DNA of 63,902 nt, counting the filler, from Octopus bimaculoides (lineage: Eukaryota): the NCBI RefSeq assembly GCF_001194135.2. It is 6 parts of 6 records of this genome, joined end to end, with 100 filler letters (N's around TTAATTAATTAA, not from the genome) between each part and the next. Parts side by side here need not be neighbours in the genome. Positions count along the whole stretch, not along the records: positions 35,786 to 53,365 come from NC_069005.1; 5 more parts are not named here. The stretch is one strand, 5' to 3'. The notes beneath the pieces are model-generated. The model saw nothing but the letters and a program-made list of their open reading frames with translations. It was not told the DNA's origin and ran no database searches. Each line of letters opens with the position of its first letter. Position 1 is the first letter of the stretch. Positions 37,983 to 49,332 of the stretch are shown piece after piece. The translations under genes were made by a program, and so were the position numbers.

Positions 37983-38801
37983 NNNNNNNNNNNNNNNNNN
38001 NNNNNNNNNNNNNNNNNNNNNNNNNNNNNNNNNNNNNNNNNNNNNNNNNNNNNNNNNNNNNNNNNNNNNNNNNNNNNNNNNNNNNNNNNNNNNNNNNNNN
38101 NNNNNNNNNNNNNNNNNNNNNNNNNNNNNNNNNNNNNNNNNNNNNNNNNNNNNNNNNNNNNNNNNNNNNNNNNNNNNNNNNNNNNNNNNNNNNNNNNNNN
38201 NNNNNNNNNNNNNNNNNNNNNNNNNNNNNNNNNNNNNNNNNNNNNNNNNNNNNNNNNNNNNNNNNNNNNNNNNNNNNNNNNNNNNNNNNNNNNNNNNNNN
38301 NNNNNNNNNNNNNNNNNNNNNNNNNNNNNNNNNNNNNNNNNNNNNNNNNNNNNNNNNNNNNNNNNNNNNNNNNNNNNNNNNNNNNNNNNNNNNNNNNNNN
38401 NNNNNNNNNNNNNNNNNNNNNNNNNNNNNNNNNNNNNNNNNNNNNNNNNNNNNNNNNNNNNNNNNNNNNNNNNNNNNNNNNNNNNNNNNNNNNNNNNNNN
38501 NNNNNNNNNNNNNNNNNNNNNNNNNNNNNNNNNNNNNNNNNNNNNNNNNNNNNNNNNNNNNNNNNNNNNNNNNNNNNNNNNNNNNNNNNNNNNNNNNNNN
38601 NNNNNNNNNNNNNNNNNNNNNNNNNNNNNNNNNNNNNNNNNNNNNNNNNNNNNNNNNNNNNNNNNNNNNNNNNNNNNNNNNNNNNNNNNNNNNNNNNNNN
38701 NNNNNNNNNNNNNNNNNNNNNNNNNNNNNNNNNNNNNNNNNNNNNNNNNNNNNNNNNNNNNNNNNNNNNNNNNNNNNNNNNNNNNNNNNNNNNNNNNNNN
38801 N

Positions 38802-38834
<33 letters not shown>

Positions 38835-40113
38835 GATATGTATGTATATTTAGAAAGAGAGAGAGAGATGCAAAATAAAATTACAATATACAGCAACAGA
38901 CCAGTATAATAGTAATGGACGGCTACAGAAAACCTGAAAGCTGTAGAACATAATATAAGAACTTGAAGAAGATGCGTTATAGATGGGAAACTATGAAGTA
39001 GTATGTTTTAGTATAACATTTCATATCACACACAATGTAACATGTACTGTAATGTGACATAACACAATGCACAGTCATATAAAAGAATGAAGTAGAATGT
39101 TATGTAACTCAATAATGTTCCATAATGAAGAGTCTGTTTTCAAATGTCAAATTATGGATATAATGTGACGCAGTGGAAGGAATGATGGCAAATAATTGTA
39201 GAAAAGCGTATGTAATATATGCACAAGAAATGACAGAGACACACTCACGCATAGATACGCGCACACACACTGACACATATACACAAATGCATATATATCA
39301 CACACATATATATCCGTACGTACATACAGACATACATATATATATGCATATATATATATATATNNNNNNNNNNNNNNNNNNNNNNNNNNNNNNNNNNNNN
39401 NNNNNNNNNNNNNNNNNNNNNNNNNNNNNNNNNNNNNNNNNNNNNNNNNNNNNNNNNNNNNNNNNNNNNNNNNNNNNNNNNNNNNNNNNNNNNNNNNNNN
39501 NNNNNNNNNNNNNNNNNNNNNNNNNNNNNNNNNNNNNNNNNNNNNNNNNNNNNNNNNNNNNNNNNNNNNNNNNNNNNNNNNNNNNNNNNNNNNNNNNNNN
39601 NNNNNNNNNNNNNNNNNNNNNNNNNNNNNNNNNNNNNNNNNNNNNNNNNNNNNNNNNNNNNNNNNNNNNNNNNNNNNNNNNNNNNNNNNNNNNNNNNNNN
39701 NNNNNNNNNNNNNNNNNNNNNNNNNNNNNNNNNNNNNNNNNNNNNNNNNNNNNNNNNNNNNNNNNNNNNNNNNNNNNNNNNNNNNNNNNNNNNNNNNNNN
39801 NNNNNNNNNNNNNNNNNNNNNNNNNNNNNNNNNNNNNNNNNNNNNNNNNNNNNNNNNNNNNNNNNNNNNNNNNNNNNNNNNNNNNNNNNNNNNNNNNNNN
39901 NNNNNNNNNNNNNNNNNNNNNNNNNNNNNNNNNNNNNNNNNNNNNNNNNNNNNNNNNNNNNNNNNNNNNNNNNNNNNNNNNNNNNNNNNNNNNNNNNNNN
40001 NNNNNNNNNNNNNNNNNNNNNNNNNNNNNNNNNNNNNNNNNNNNNNNNNNNNNNNNNNNNNNNNNNNNNNNNNNNNNNNNNNNNNNNNNNNNNNNNNNNN
40101 NNNNNNNNNNNNN

Positions 40114-40156
<43 letters not shown>

Positions 40157-40789
40157 ATATGTATATATGTATGTATGTGTGTGCGTGTGCGTGTGCGTGT
40201 GCGTGTGCGTGTGCGTGTGCGTGTGCGCGTGCGTGTGTGTGTAAATATATGTGTATATACGTATGTATGTGTAAACGCACACATACATACATGGGCAAAT
40301 ACAAGTATATCAAGCACAAGATAAATTCTTGAGCTGTTAAAATTACATTAGCATCTGGAGGATGTATCTTAATTACCAAATGACAATTAAAACTAAGTCC
40401 ACTTGAGAATGAAAGATAATCTAAAGATGCTAAAATTCTCTCCAAATTCGAGATGTTATTAAGGATAAAGGAGAGGTTTATTGACAAGCGATAGTTGTTT
40501 GTACGCGTTTCTGACTTAACAGCCTTCATCAGTGTAGCAGTCGTCCAAATTTCCCTCTCATAGACAAAAGACTCATACAAAACAAGCGTAGAAGGAATTA
40601 TGCAATATGAAACTAGCATGATAATACTAAAATGAGGTACAAGAGATGACTCAATGTGATCTGTGGTATATAAACAGCATAGTTTAGTGCAGGTCTATCA
40701 AATACCATACGACGAAAATTCTTGATTTATCGAAAGTATCTGCGCCTCTGCTGGATGCATAATTACCTGATGGGCAATTTATATACATA

Positions 40790-40936
40790 TCGGCGTGGGC
40801 ATGTGGTAGGGAACTTGCTTCTCAACCACATAGTCCCGGGTTCAGTCCCACCTGGGCTAGTTTCTTCTACTATAGTCTCGGGCTGACCAAAGCTTTGTGA
40901 GTGAATTTGGTAGACAGAAACTCGAAGAAGCCCGTC

Positions 40937-40968
<32 letters not shown>

Positions 40969-40990
40969 GACGGGCTTCTTCCAGTTTCTG
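40790..40990 (+). mobile_element. CORE-like SINE joined tail-to-tail to an inverted SINE tail through (TA)n
   Basis: AAGAAGCCCGTCG(TA)nCGACGGGCTTCTT. Confidence 0.8.
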
Positions 40991-41074
40991 GCTATGAGTG
41001 GTAATGGTGTCAATAAGACCCATAGGTATCAGGTAATGCTGAGTAAGCGCTATAGACAGACATTAGTTAAACTC

Positions 41075-41530
41075 CTGTTTCGGTGATTATGCGAATGAGG
41101 AGTCCAACGTAGGTCATATATCTTTCCCGCCTTCGCTTCAGGGAGTAGAGTCTCAACTCTTTCTGTCTCCCCCAGTAGTTGATATGTCGCATTGCCTCCA
41201 TCTTCTTTGTATAGCCTTGCTGGACCGCCTCAAGTTCTGTCGTCAATTTTACACTGTTTGGGGGCCACAGTTGGGAGCAGTAATAGACCCAGATTAGAAA
41301 GAATGTCCTCCAAAGCACAATCAGGGTTTTCTTTTCTCTTGTTTTGAAAGTTCGAAGGAATTAACTGGCCAAAAGTCGGCATTTTATTACCAACTTAGTA
41401 ATGTGCACCTGAAAAGATACATCATTACTCATTTCGATGCCAAGGTCACGCAGCTATTTTGATTCAGGGTTTGTAATCCTTCCTGGGCCAGCGTATCCTA
41501 TCCTCTTTTCACTGAGATTCCCGTGTTGGT
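41075..41530 (-). pseudogene. CR1/L2-group LINE, RT C-terminal region
   Basis: RDLGIEMSNDVSFQVHITK..., LWRTFF..YCSQLWPP...ELEAVQ...YWGRQKELRLYSLKRRRERY. Confidence 0.85.
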
Positions 41531-42740
41531 AGCGCAGGGCTTGGAATTTTCTAGCATTAAACTATATGGAAAAAGAGAGAGAGAGAGAGAGAGAGAGGTA
41601 CATAGCTACGTAGGCAGAGATACNNNNNNNNNNNNNNNNNNNNNNNNNNNNNNNNNNNNNNNNNNNNNNNNNNNNNNNNNNNNNNNNNNNNNNNNNNNNN
41701 NNNNNNNNNNNNNNNATATATATATCAATAACTATATCAATAACTGCAGTTTTGTGATGTATATAAGTGTACATATATATATATATATAATATATATAAT
41801 ATATATAATATATATATATATATAATATATATATATATATATACATATGAGTGTGTGTGTGTGTATGCATGTATATATGCATATACACAGAGATAAATGC
41901 GCGTATCTATAGATGTCCACTATGCCTGTCTGTACAGGTACTAATGCTGTTGGAAATAGGGGGGGCATGCATGGGCAACCGCCAAACCTCTAAGAATTTT
42001 TGTCAATGCTATGCATGTATTTATGTATGTCTGTCTACATGGCTGTATATATAATCTTGCACACATATATATCTAGACACGTAAATGCATGTATGTATGT
42101 ATGTGTGTATATGTATGTATTTATATCGACTTAGATATACGTAAGTATAGATATATACAGAAACATATGTACATCCGTACAATTTGTTTTCATACTAGCT
42201 TAAACATATCGAACGTATAAATCCATATTCGTACATATATGTATGTCGTGTGCGTGTTGTGTACTGTGCGTGTGACTTCGTGCGTGTGTGTATGTGCGTT
42301 CGTATCCTTATAGATATAAAAATGCAATAAAATTTAAATATGGAAATGTAATTACAACTATAGAAACTATTACGAAAAGAATAATAAAAAAAATGTATAA
42401 TTATAACGATATATTGGTGCAGGAAATGCAATTTAGGGAGGTCTATAAAACGAAATTTACTTGTGACATGAATATATAAAAATAATATGTATAAGTTTAT
42501 ATACATTATTTGTGGGTGTATAGTGTGACTGCTTACACACTATAGAAACCTATAGAAATAACAGAAATGAAAATAACATATTTTGGTTCACTGTTAAATT
42601 TTGGCAGCTGAGATGATTAAGTTCCCTAGTTTTTCGCAGATTTATGTTTTTAAAAAATGTGGAACTGCAGCATATATTCAACTGTTAAGTGTATGTATAT
42701 ATAAACACACGCACATACATACAGACACACACGTGCACAC

Positions 42741-42773
<33 letters not shown>

Positions 42774-44171
42774 NNNNNNNNNNNNNNNNNNNNNNNNNNN
42801 NNNNNNNNNNNNNNNNNNNNNNNNNNNNNNNNNNNNNNNNNNNNNNNNNNNNNNNNNNNNNNNNNNNNNNNNNNNNNNNNNNNNNNNNNNNNNNNNNNNN
42901 NNNNNNNNNNNNNNNNNNNNNNNNNNNNNNNNNNNNNNNNNNNNNNNNNNNNNNNNNNNNNNNNNNNNNNNNNNNNNNNNNNNNNNNNNNNNNNNNNNNN
43001 NNNNNNNNNNNNNNNNNNNNNNNNNNNNNNNNNNNNNNNNNNNNNNNNNNNNNNNNNNNNNNNNNNNNNNNNNNNNNNNNNNNNNNNNNNNNNNNNNNNN
43101 NNNNNNNNNNNNNNNNNNNNNNNNNNNNNNNNNNNNNNNNNNNNNNNNNNNNNNNNNNNNNNNNNNNNNNNNNNNNNNNNNNNNNNNNNNNNNNNNNNNN
43201 NNNNNNNNNNNGGTTATATGTTCAAATATATTATATTATAGATATATTGTTTAATTTAACATCAGTTTAACAGTTACTTCGAAGTTTTGGCTTCGTCTCC
43301 TCGGTCAGACTTTGAGTTTTCGGGGATTTATACTTAGAACTTTTGGTTCAACTTGTGGATGTAGCAATGTGGCTTCAAATTATGTCAGTTATACTTTTCA
43401 CTTTATTAAACGTGCAATATTTTTGATGCAAATTTTCCACTGAATTCAAGTTGTTTTTCAAAGTTAATCTTTACACGAATCTTGATTCTCCCACATGTAT
43501 TTTACATATGTACTTGAATAATTACTAACTATAACACTTCAGTTTTACACCAGAAACCAGCGAATATTTGCCTCTTCCCTCTTCTATCCACCTATACAAA
43601 GCCAATTTCATACGGCGATATTCACAGATATATTTATAAGAATCCAAAACAATGACACGAAAAAGTCAGAAATTTCTTGTAGCATTTTTAAAAGATGCCA
43701 TCTCTCAAGAGTCTGCAATGCTTTATGAACTGACTTTAAACTTTCTTTCCAATACACAATAAATATTTGCTTTCTGATTATTCTTCTCCTTTTCCTTCAT
43801 ATCCTGCTGCCGCTACTGTTCTACCTCCTACTCCGACGTCTCCTGATCCTCACCGTTCGATTCACAAGCTATTTACGGCCAACCATGATAACTTCTTTCG
43901 GATCTTTTTTAAAACGGGGGCCACATTTTTCATTAATGTTTTACGTAGTGTTTTTGGTACCGAAAGACTTTCAAACTTCGTATACTTATCTATTTTGTGT
44001 TATTGAACAGAAAAGTATTTTTGTATTGGAATTTATTTCATGTAAAAAATTGTCTTATTTCGATAATTTCAACCAATCACTGACGTCCATTCAGCCGATA
44101 TACATTAAGTGCCGACTACATAAACAAACGATTCTTCGTTTTATTTGCTTTTTTTCATTTTAAATTTGCTT

Positions 44172-44199
44172 TAACCCTAACCCTAACCCTAACCCTAAC
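44172..44199 (-). repeat. Interstitial (TTAGGG)4 telomere-type repeat at a gap edge
   Basis: (TAACCC)4TAAC directly before a 585-N gap. Confidence 0.85.
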
Positions 44200-44785
44200 T
44201 NNNNNNNNNNNNNNNNNNNNNNNNNNNNNNNNNNNNNNNNNNNNNNNNNNNNNNNNNNNNNNNNNNNNNNNNNNNNNNNNNNNNNNNNNNNNNNNNNNNN
44301 NNNNNNNNNNNNNNNNNNNNNNNNNNNNNNNNNNNNNNNNNNNNNNNNNNNNNNNNNNNNNNNNNNNNNNNNNNNNNNNNNNNNNNNNNNNNNNNNNNNN
44401 NNNNNNNNNNNNNNNNNNNNNNNNNNNNNNNNNNNNNNNNNNNNNNNNNNNNNNNNNNNNNNNNNNNNNNNNNNNNNNNNNNNNNNNNNNNNNNNNNNNN
44501 NNNNNNNNNNNNNNNNNNNNNNNNNNNNNNNNNNNNNNNNNNNNNNNNNNNNNNNNNNNNNNNNNNNNNNNNNNNNNNNNNNNNNNNNNNNNNNNNNNNN
44601 NNNNNNNNNNNNNNNNNNNNNNNNNNNNNNNNNNNNNNNNNNNNNNNNNNNNNNNNNNNNNNNNNNNNNNNNNNNNNNNNNNNNNNNNNNNNNNNNNNNN
44701 NNNNNNNNNNNNNNNNNNNNNNNNNNNNNNNNNNNNNNNNNNNNNNNNNNNNNNNNNNNNNNNNNNNNNNNNNNNNNNNNNNNNN

Positions 44786-44822
<37 letters not shown>

Positions 44823-44827
44823 GGTAT

Positions 44828-44990
44828 GTAGGCACAGGCGTGGCTGTGTGGTAAGAAGCTTGCTTCCAAGCGACATTGTTCCGGGTTTAGTCCCACTACG
44901 TAGCATCTTGGGCAAGTGTCTCTACTTAGCCTCGGATCGAACAAAGCCTTGGGAGTGGATTTGGTAGACGGAAACGGAAAGAACCCCGTC
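44828..44990 (+). mobile_element. CORE-like tRNA SINE
   Basis: GGCGTGGCTGTGTGGTAAGAAGCTTGCTTCC...CTTGGGCAAGTGTC...GGATTTGGTAGACGGAAAC. Confidence 0.8.
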
Positions 44991-45948
44991 ATATATATAT
45001 ACATACATATAAATATATATATGTATATATATATATCATTACATACATGCATACATACATACATACATACATACATAAATACATGCATACATGCATACAT
45101 ACATACATACATACATACTCCTATATTTGAGAGCGTCGGCGCTTAGAAGTCTAGAAATATATCTATTGAAACAATTTAATGACATTGGCAATGTTGCATA
45201 GAAATAAACAGATACACAAGACGGAAAACAGCTGCATGGGTAAGTAGAGAGGAAAAAAGTGCGTAGGAAATTATATAAATATACATACATTTATACACTC
45301 ACACATATATATGTGTATGTATGAGTGTGTGTGCTCGCGTCTCAGTATGTATTACATACACACATAGTATATATACATGTGTATGTCCTACATGTAGACA
45401 TATTAATCGTTTCAATCGTGTTCTTTTTATTGCCACCATTTAAGCTTGTCTACTTTAGATGCTTTTCCCATCTTTCTTAGATAAACAACGAATATACAAG
45501 CGCAGTAGGGAGTCGATTTAGCGCAATCAATCAATACTGCGCTGATCTAAGCGTGTACGCATGTAGATATACACACGCATATATATATATATATATATAT
45601 ATANNNNNNNNNNNNNNNNNNNNNNNNNNNNNNNNNNNNNNNNNNNNNNNNNNNNNNNNNNNNNNNNNNNNNNNNNNNNNNNNNNNNNNNNNNNNNNNNN
45701 NNNNNNNNNNNNNNNNNNNNNNNNNNNNNNNNNNNNNNNNNNNNNNNNNNNNNNNNNNNNNNNNNNNNNNNNNNNNNNNNNNNNNNNNNNNNNNNNNNNN
45801 NNNNNNNNNNNNNNNNNNNNNNNNNNNNNNNNNNNNNNNNNNNNNNNNNNNNNNNNNNNNNNNNNNNNNATATATATAACATATGGTATAATTATAAACA
45901 GGGCAAATTTTAATCATATCTCCGCAGAAAGTAAAAAAATTATGAACC

Positions 45949-45994
45949 ACCCTAATCAATTTCCGAACCTTATTTGGGTTCTCATCAGAGGCGT
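45949..45994 (-). ncRNA. Degenerate minimal hammerhead motif, probably in a Penelope-like terminal repeat
   Basis: ACGCCT-CTGATGA-GAACC-CAAATAA-GGTTC-G-GAAATTGATT-AGGGT; intact CUGAUGA, 5-bp stem II, one extra G, weak stems I and III. Confidence 0.4.
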
Positions 45995-46377
45995 CTACAT
46001 AATTTTGACAAACTCCAAAGAAACTGCTTATATACTCAACAAATGCACCAGTTATTCTGTGAAGGAGTCCCTAATTTGCATACCGAAAGTGTTTAGCACT
46101 CAATAAATACCAGCGGCCTTTCAACGGGGATCTTAATCCACACATTATCAAGGTATGATATAATACATACGTAACATATGATATAATATAATTTATAGTG
46201 TTAAACATTATAAATTCCAGTGGCCTATATATATATAAACATATGTGTGGCTCATTAGCAATTTGAACCTGAAGACAAAATTAACAGAGATCACAAAAGT
46301 GAGGGAGGGTACTGACCAGCACCAGCTACTGCTAGAAACAAGAGTTAAAACAAATCAAAAGCCACAAAGCACGGTAC

Positions 46378-46433
<56 letters not shown>

Positions 46434-46534
46434 GCATATACATATACACACACCACAGGAATCGTGAATCTAGCCCTGTGAGTGTATATGACTCAGGAAG
46501 GACCTTTATCCTCCAGTCTTTCGTTTTTGATCAT

Positions 46535-46673
46535 TTCATATTGTCCTTCTTGACACAAGCATGGAAGCAAAGTGAAACACTTTGCCATGTTGGATATTAA
46601 GGGCATATCGCATACTGCTAGCGCGAATTATCTGACAAACTATCCAAGTGGAGTTAGCGTTATATATATAAGT
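46535..46673 (+). ncRNA. Candidate H/ACA-like structured RNA, copy 1
   Basis: Hairpin CATG..AAAGTG-AAA-CACTTT..CATG, ANANNA box (ATATTA 46594-99), second hairpin, terminal ATA. Confidence 0.35.
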
Positions 46674-46798
46674 TATCCTACGACGGACTGGCGTCGCGTC
46701 CAGTTGGGAAATATATACGCAAAGTAAGCCAGAAAACTTGTCCTATCAGTCTATATGATTCGGAAAGTCTTTATCCTCTTATCTTTATGTTTAATCGT

Positions 46799-46937
46799 TT
46801 CATATTGTTATTGTGATTCCAGACATGGAACGAAAGTGAAACACTTTGTCATGTAGGACATTAGGAGAATATCTCATACTGCTAGCACGAAGTGTAAGAC
46901 AAAATGACTTAGTGGGAGTTAGCGCTATATAACAAAC
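46799..46937 (+). ncRNA. Candidate H/ACA-like structured RNA, copy 2
   Basis: Same hairpin, ANANNA (ACATTA 46858-63), ACA at 46932-34; about 133 nt. Confidence 0.4.
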
Positions 46938-47724
46938 AATTTTTTTTATCTACTTCGGGTAAATGGAGTACAGAGTGTATAGTGCTATGTATGCGTGAAA
47001 GTGATCTCCCAGTCTGCGATAGATAAGTCGCTTTGATCTCGACAAAATATCTTCTTGCTCTTTTATGCTTTCAAAAAGTGTTTATAACTGTCTAATATCA
47101 CTTTACATTAGTCTCTTAGTAGTTAATCCACAACTTTACAGTGAATTCTTATACTTTTTGCATACCCTATATTTACTAAATCAGACGGATGTCGATAGGT
47201 TAAGGAATTAAGATGCCAAACCAAATAACAGAAGCAGATTCCATTGCCATTTGCTAAATTCAATTCCCATAATCATCGTGTTAACCGCTAAACTTTTCTT
47301 ATAAATACAACAAGGTTATTCTCTATGTTGAATAATGAATGGTATTTTATGCTCAGTCTACATAGTGATTTAAAAAGCCACTGCAATACCAGTGAGAAAA
47401 GATTAAATATCAATAGGATTGAGTCGCGACTGCACATTTACCTTAAAACATTTCCGAATCCATTATTAAATATTGTAAAGAAAATGCGGAATCTCTGTCC
47501 TTATATAATTTTTATTTTATTCCTAACTGCTCTGCACTCGTTATCTAAATCAGGTCTTATACTCGCAGGCGCGCGCACATACACACACATACACACACAT
47601 ATACAAGCACGTACGCACACTCATACATGAGTATGTATTTATGTGTGTATATATCTGTGTGCATATGTATTTGTACGTATATGTGTATACTTACATACAT
47701 ATAAGCATCTGTTATCTTTTATTT

Positions 47725-47910
47725 TGACTTCTTGCGATTATTGGGCGCCGGCAATGCTGGGGCACTACCTTGGCGTGTATAATCTCACGGATCGTCTCAG
47801 CACACATATTGTTAAAGACTGTTACTTATTTTACCAATCTCATTTTCAGAACTGCTATGTCACGCGGGCGTAAACAGACCAGCACCGGTTGCCAAGCGGT
47901 GGGGTAGGCG
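47725..47910 (-). mobile_element. Unit-A SINE (a second partial copy at 48055-48130)
   Basis: TTTTGACTTCTTGCGATTATTGGGCGCCGGCAATGCTGGGGCACTACC...CAGCACCGGTTGCCAAGCGGTGG. Confidence 0.65.
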
Positions 47911-49181
47911 AATAAACTCAAACACACACAAACACACACACACACACATACACACACATACTCATATATGACTGTGTATGTATATATTTGTGCGTATATG
48001 TATGTATGCGTATATGTGTATATTTACATATGTATAAGCATCTATTATCATTTATTTTGAGTTCTTGCAATCACTGGACGGCAGCCATGCTGGGGCGCTC
48101 CCTTGACGAGTTTAATTGAACGAATTTTTTTCAAGTCTTTTAACACATGTGCGTACGAGAATAAATTCGTTTGATTATGTCACCGTCATTATCTCCCTTT
48201 CATTCAACCTCTTTTTTTTCTGGCTATTTCGTCATATTGAACCGTTAATCCTTACAAACATTTCTTTGTCTCTCCTTTTCCTTTTAATCCTTTCTGTCAA
48301 AGAGCATAGGCTCGAAACTTAAAAGACTTTTCCATTCTTCTCGAGTGTTAAACTAATACACCTGCTTGTTATTCCTACACATGTCTTCGTGTTTTGTTTT
48401 CTGTAAATTTGAACTATATATATAAGATAAGGCAGTAATGATGGTCATTGCATATTTCTTTATTGTAGTAAATTTGACATACAGCGCTTTTCAGTAATCA
48501 TTACAAGTTCGTTATTCTTAGGTTTACTCAATCGCTCTATTGATCAGTTGGGAACAATTCTTTTTGCATTCCTTCAGTGTTCTATTCAGCTATTACCAAG
48601 AATGACTCGGACGAATGTAGCATTAATTTTCTAGGTAATTCAATTTTTTTTTCCAACAGATCAATGGACTGATTGAGTAAATCTGTTATTAACGAACATA
48701 AAATTACTACTGGAAACAGGTGTAAGTTAAATATAATACAATGAAGAAATAAGCAATGACTATTATGTATGCCTGGTGTGTAAAACCAGCATAGCTAGAA
48801 CACAATAATGAATTTACAATATGGATAGGGAACTATAATCTCGGATCCGGCCACAAGAATACGCGGAGATATTTTCTAATCTGAACAATATTGTTAGCCT
48901 GGTGTATCAACAAAGAACTTAAAAAGTATTTTGCCCGGATTGATAATCCCTCACCAATATCTGTTTTGTGTGTGTGTGTATGTATGCATGTATGTACGTA
49001 TGTATGTATGCATGTATGTATGTATGTATGTATGTATGTATGTATGTATGTATGTATGTATGTGTGTGTGTGTGTGTGTGTGTTTATATGTATATATGTA
49101 TGTATATGTAAGTGTGCGTGTATCTTTGTGTTCATGGTGAGTTCCCGATTACCGATCACTACTGGCTTGTTCCCATCTAAA

Positions 49182-49332
49182 CAGGGCCGGTTCAAGGTAC
49201 CGGCAACTCGGTCAGTCGCCCGGGGTGCCATGTACTAGGGGCTGCCAAGGAGGGCGTGACAAAAACAAGGAAATTTCTACGACCGTCAGCTTGTACAAGC
49301 TGAAGTTCAGCTTGCCCGGGGCGGTAGCCCTG
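49182..49332. mobile_element. hAT-type MITE with 8-bp target-site duplication
   Basis: CAGGGCCGG...GGTAGCCCTG ends; flanks CATCTAAA and CCTCTAAA (7/8 match). Confidence 0.8.
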
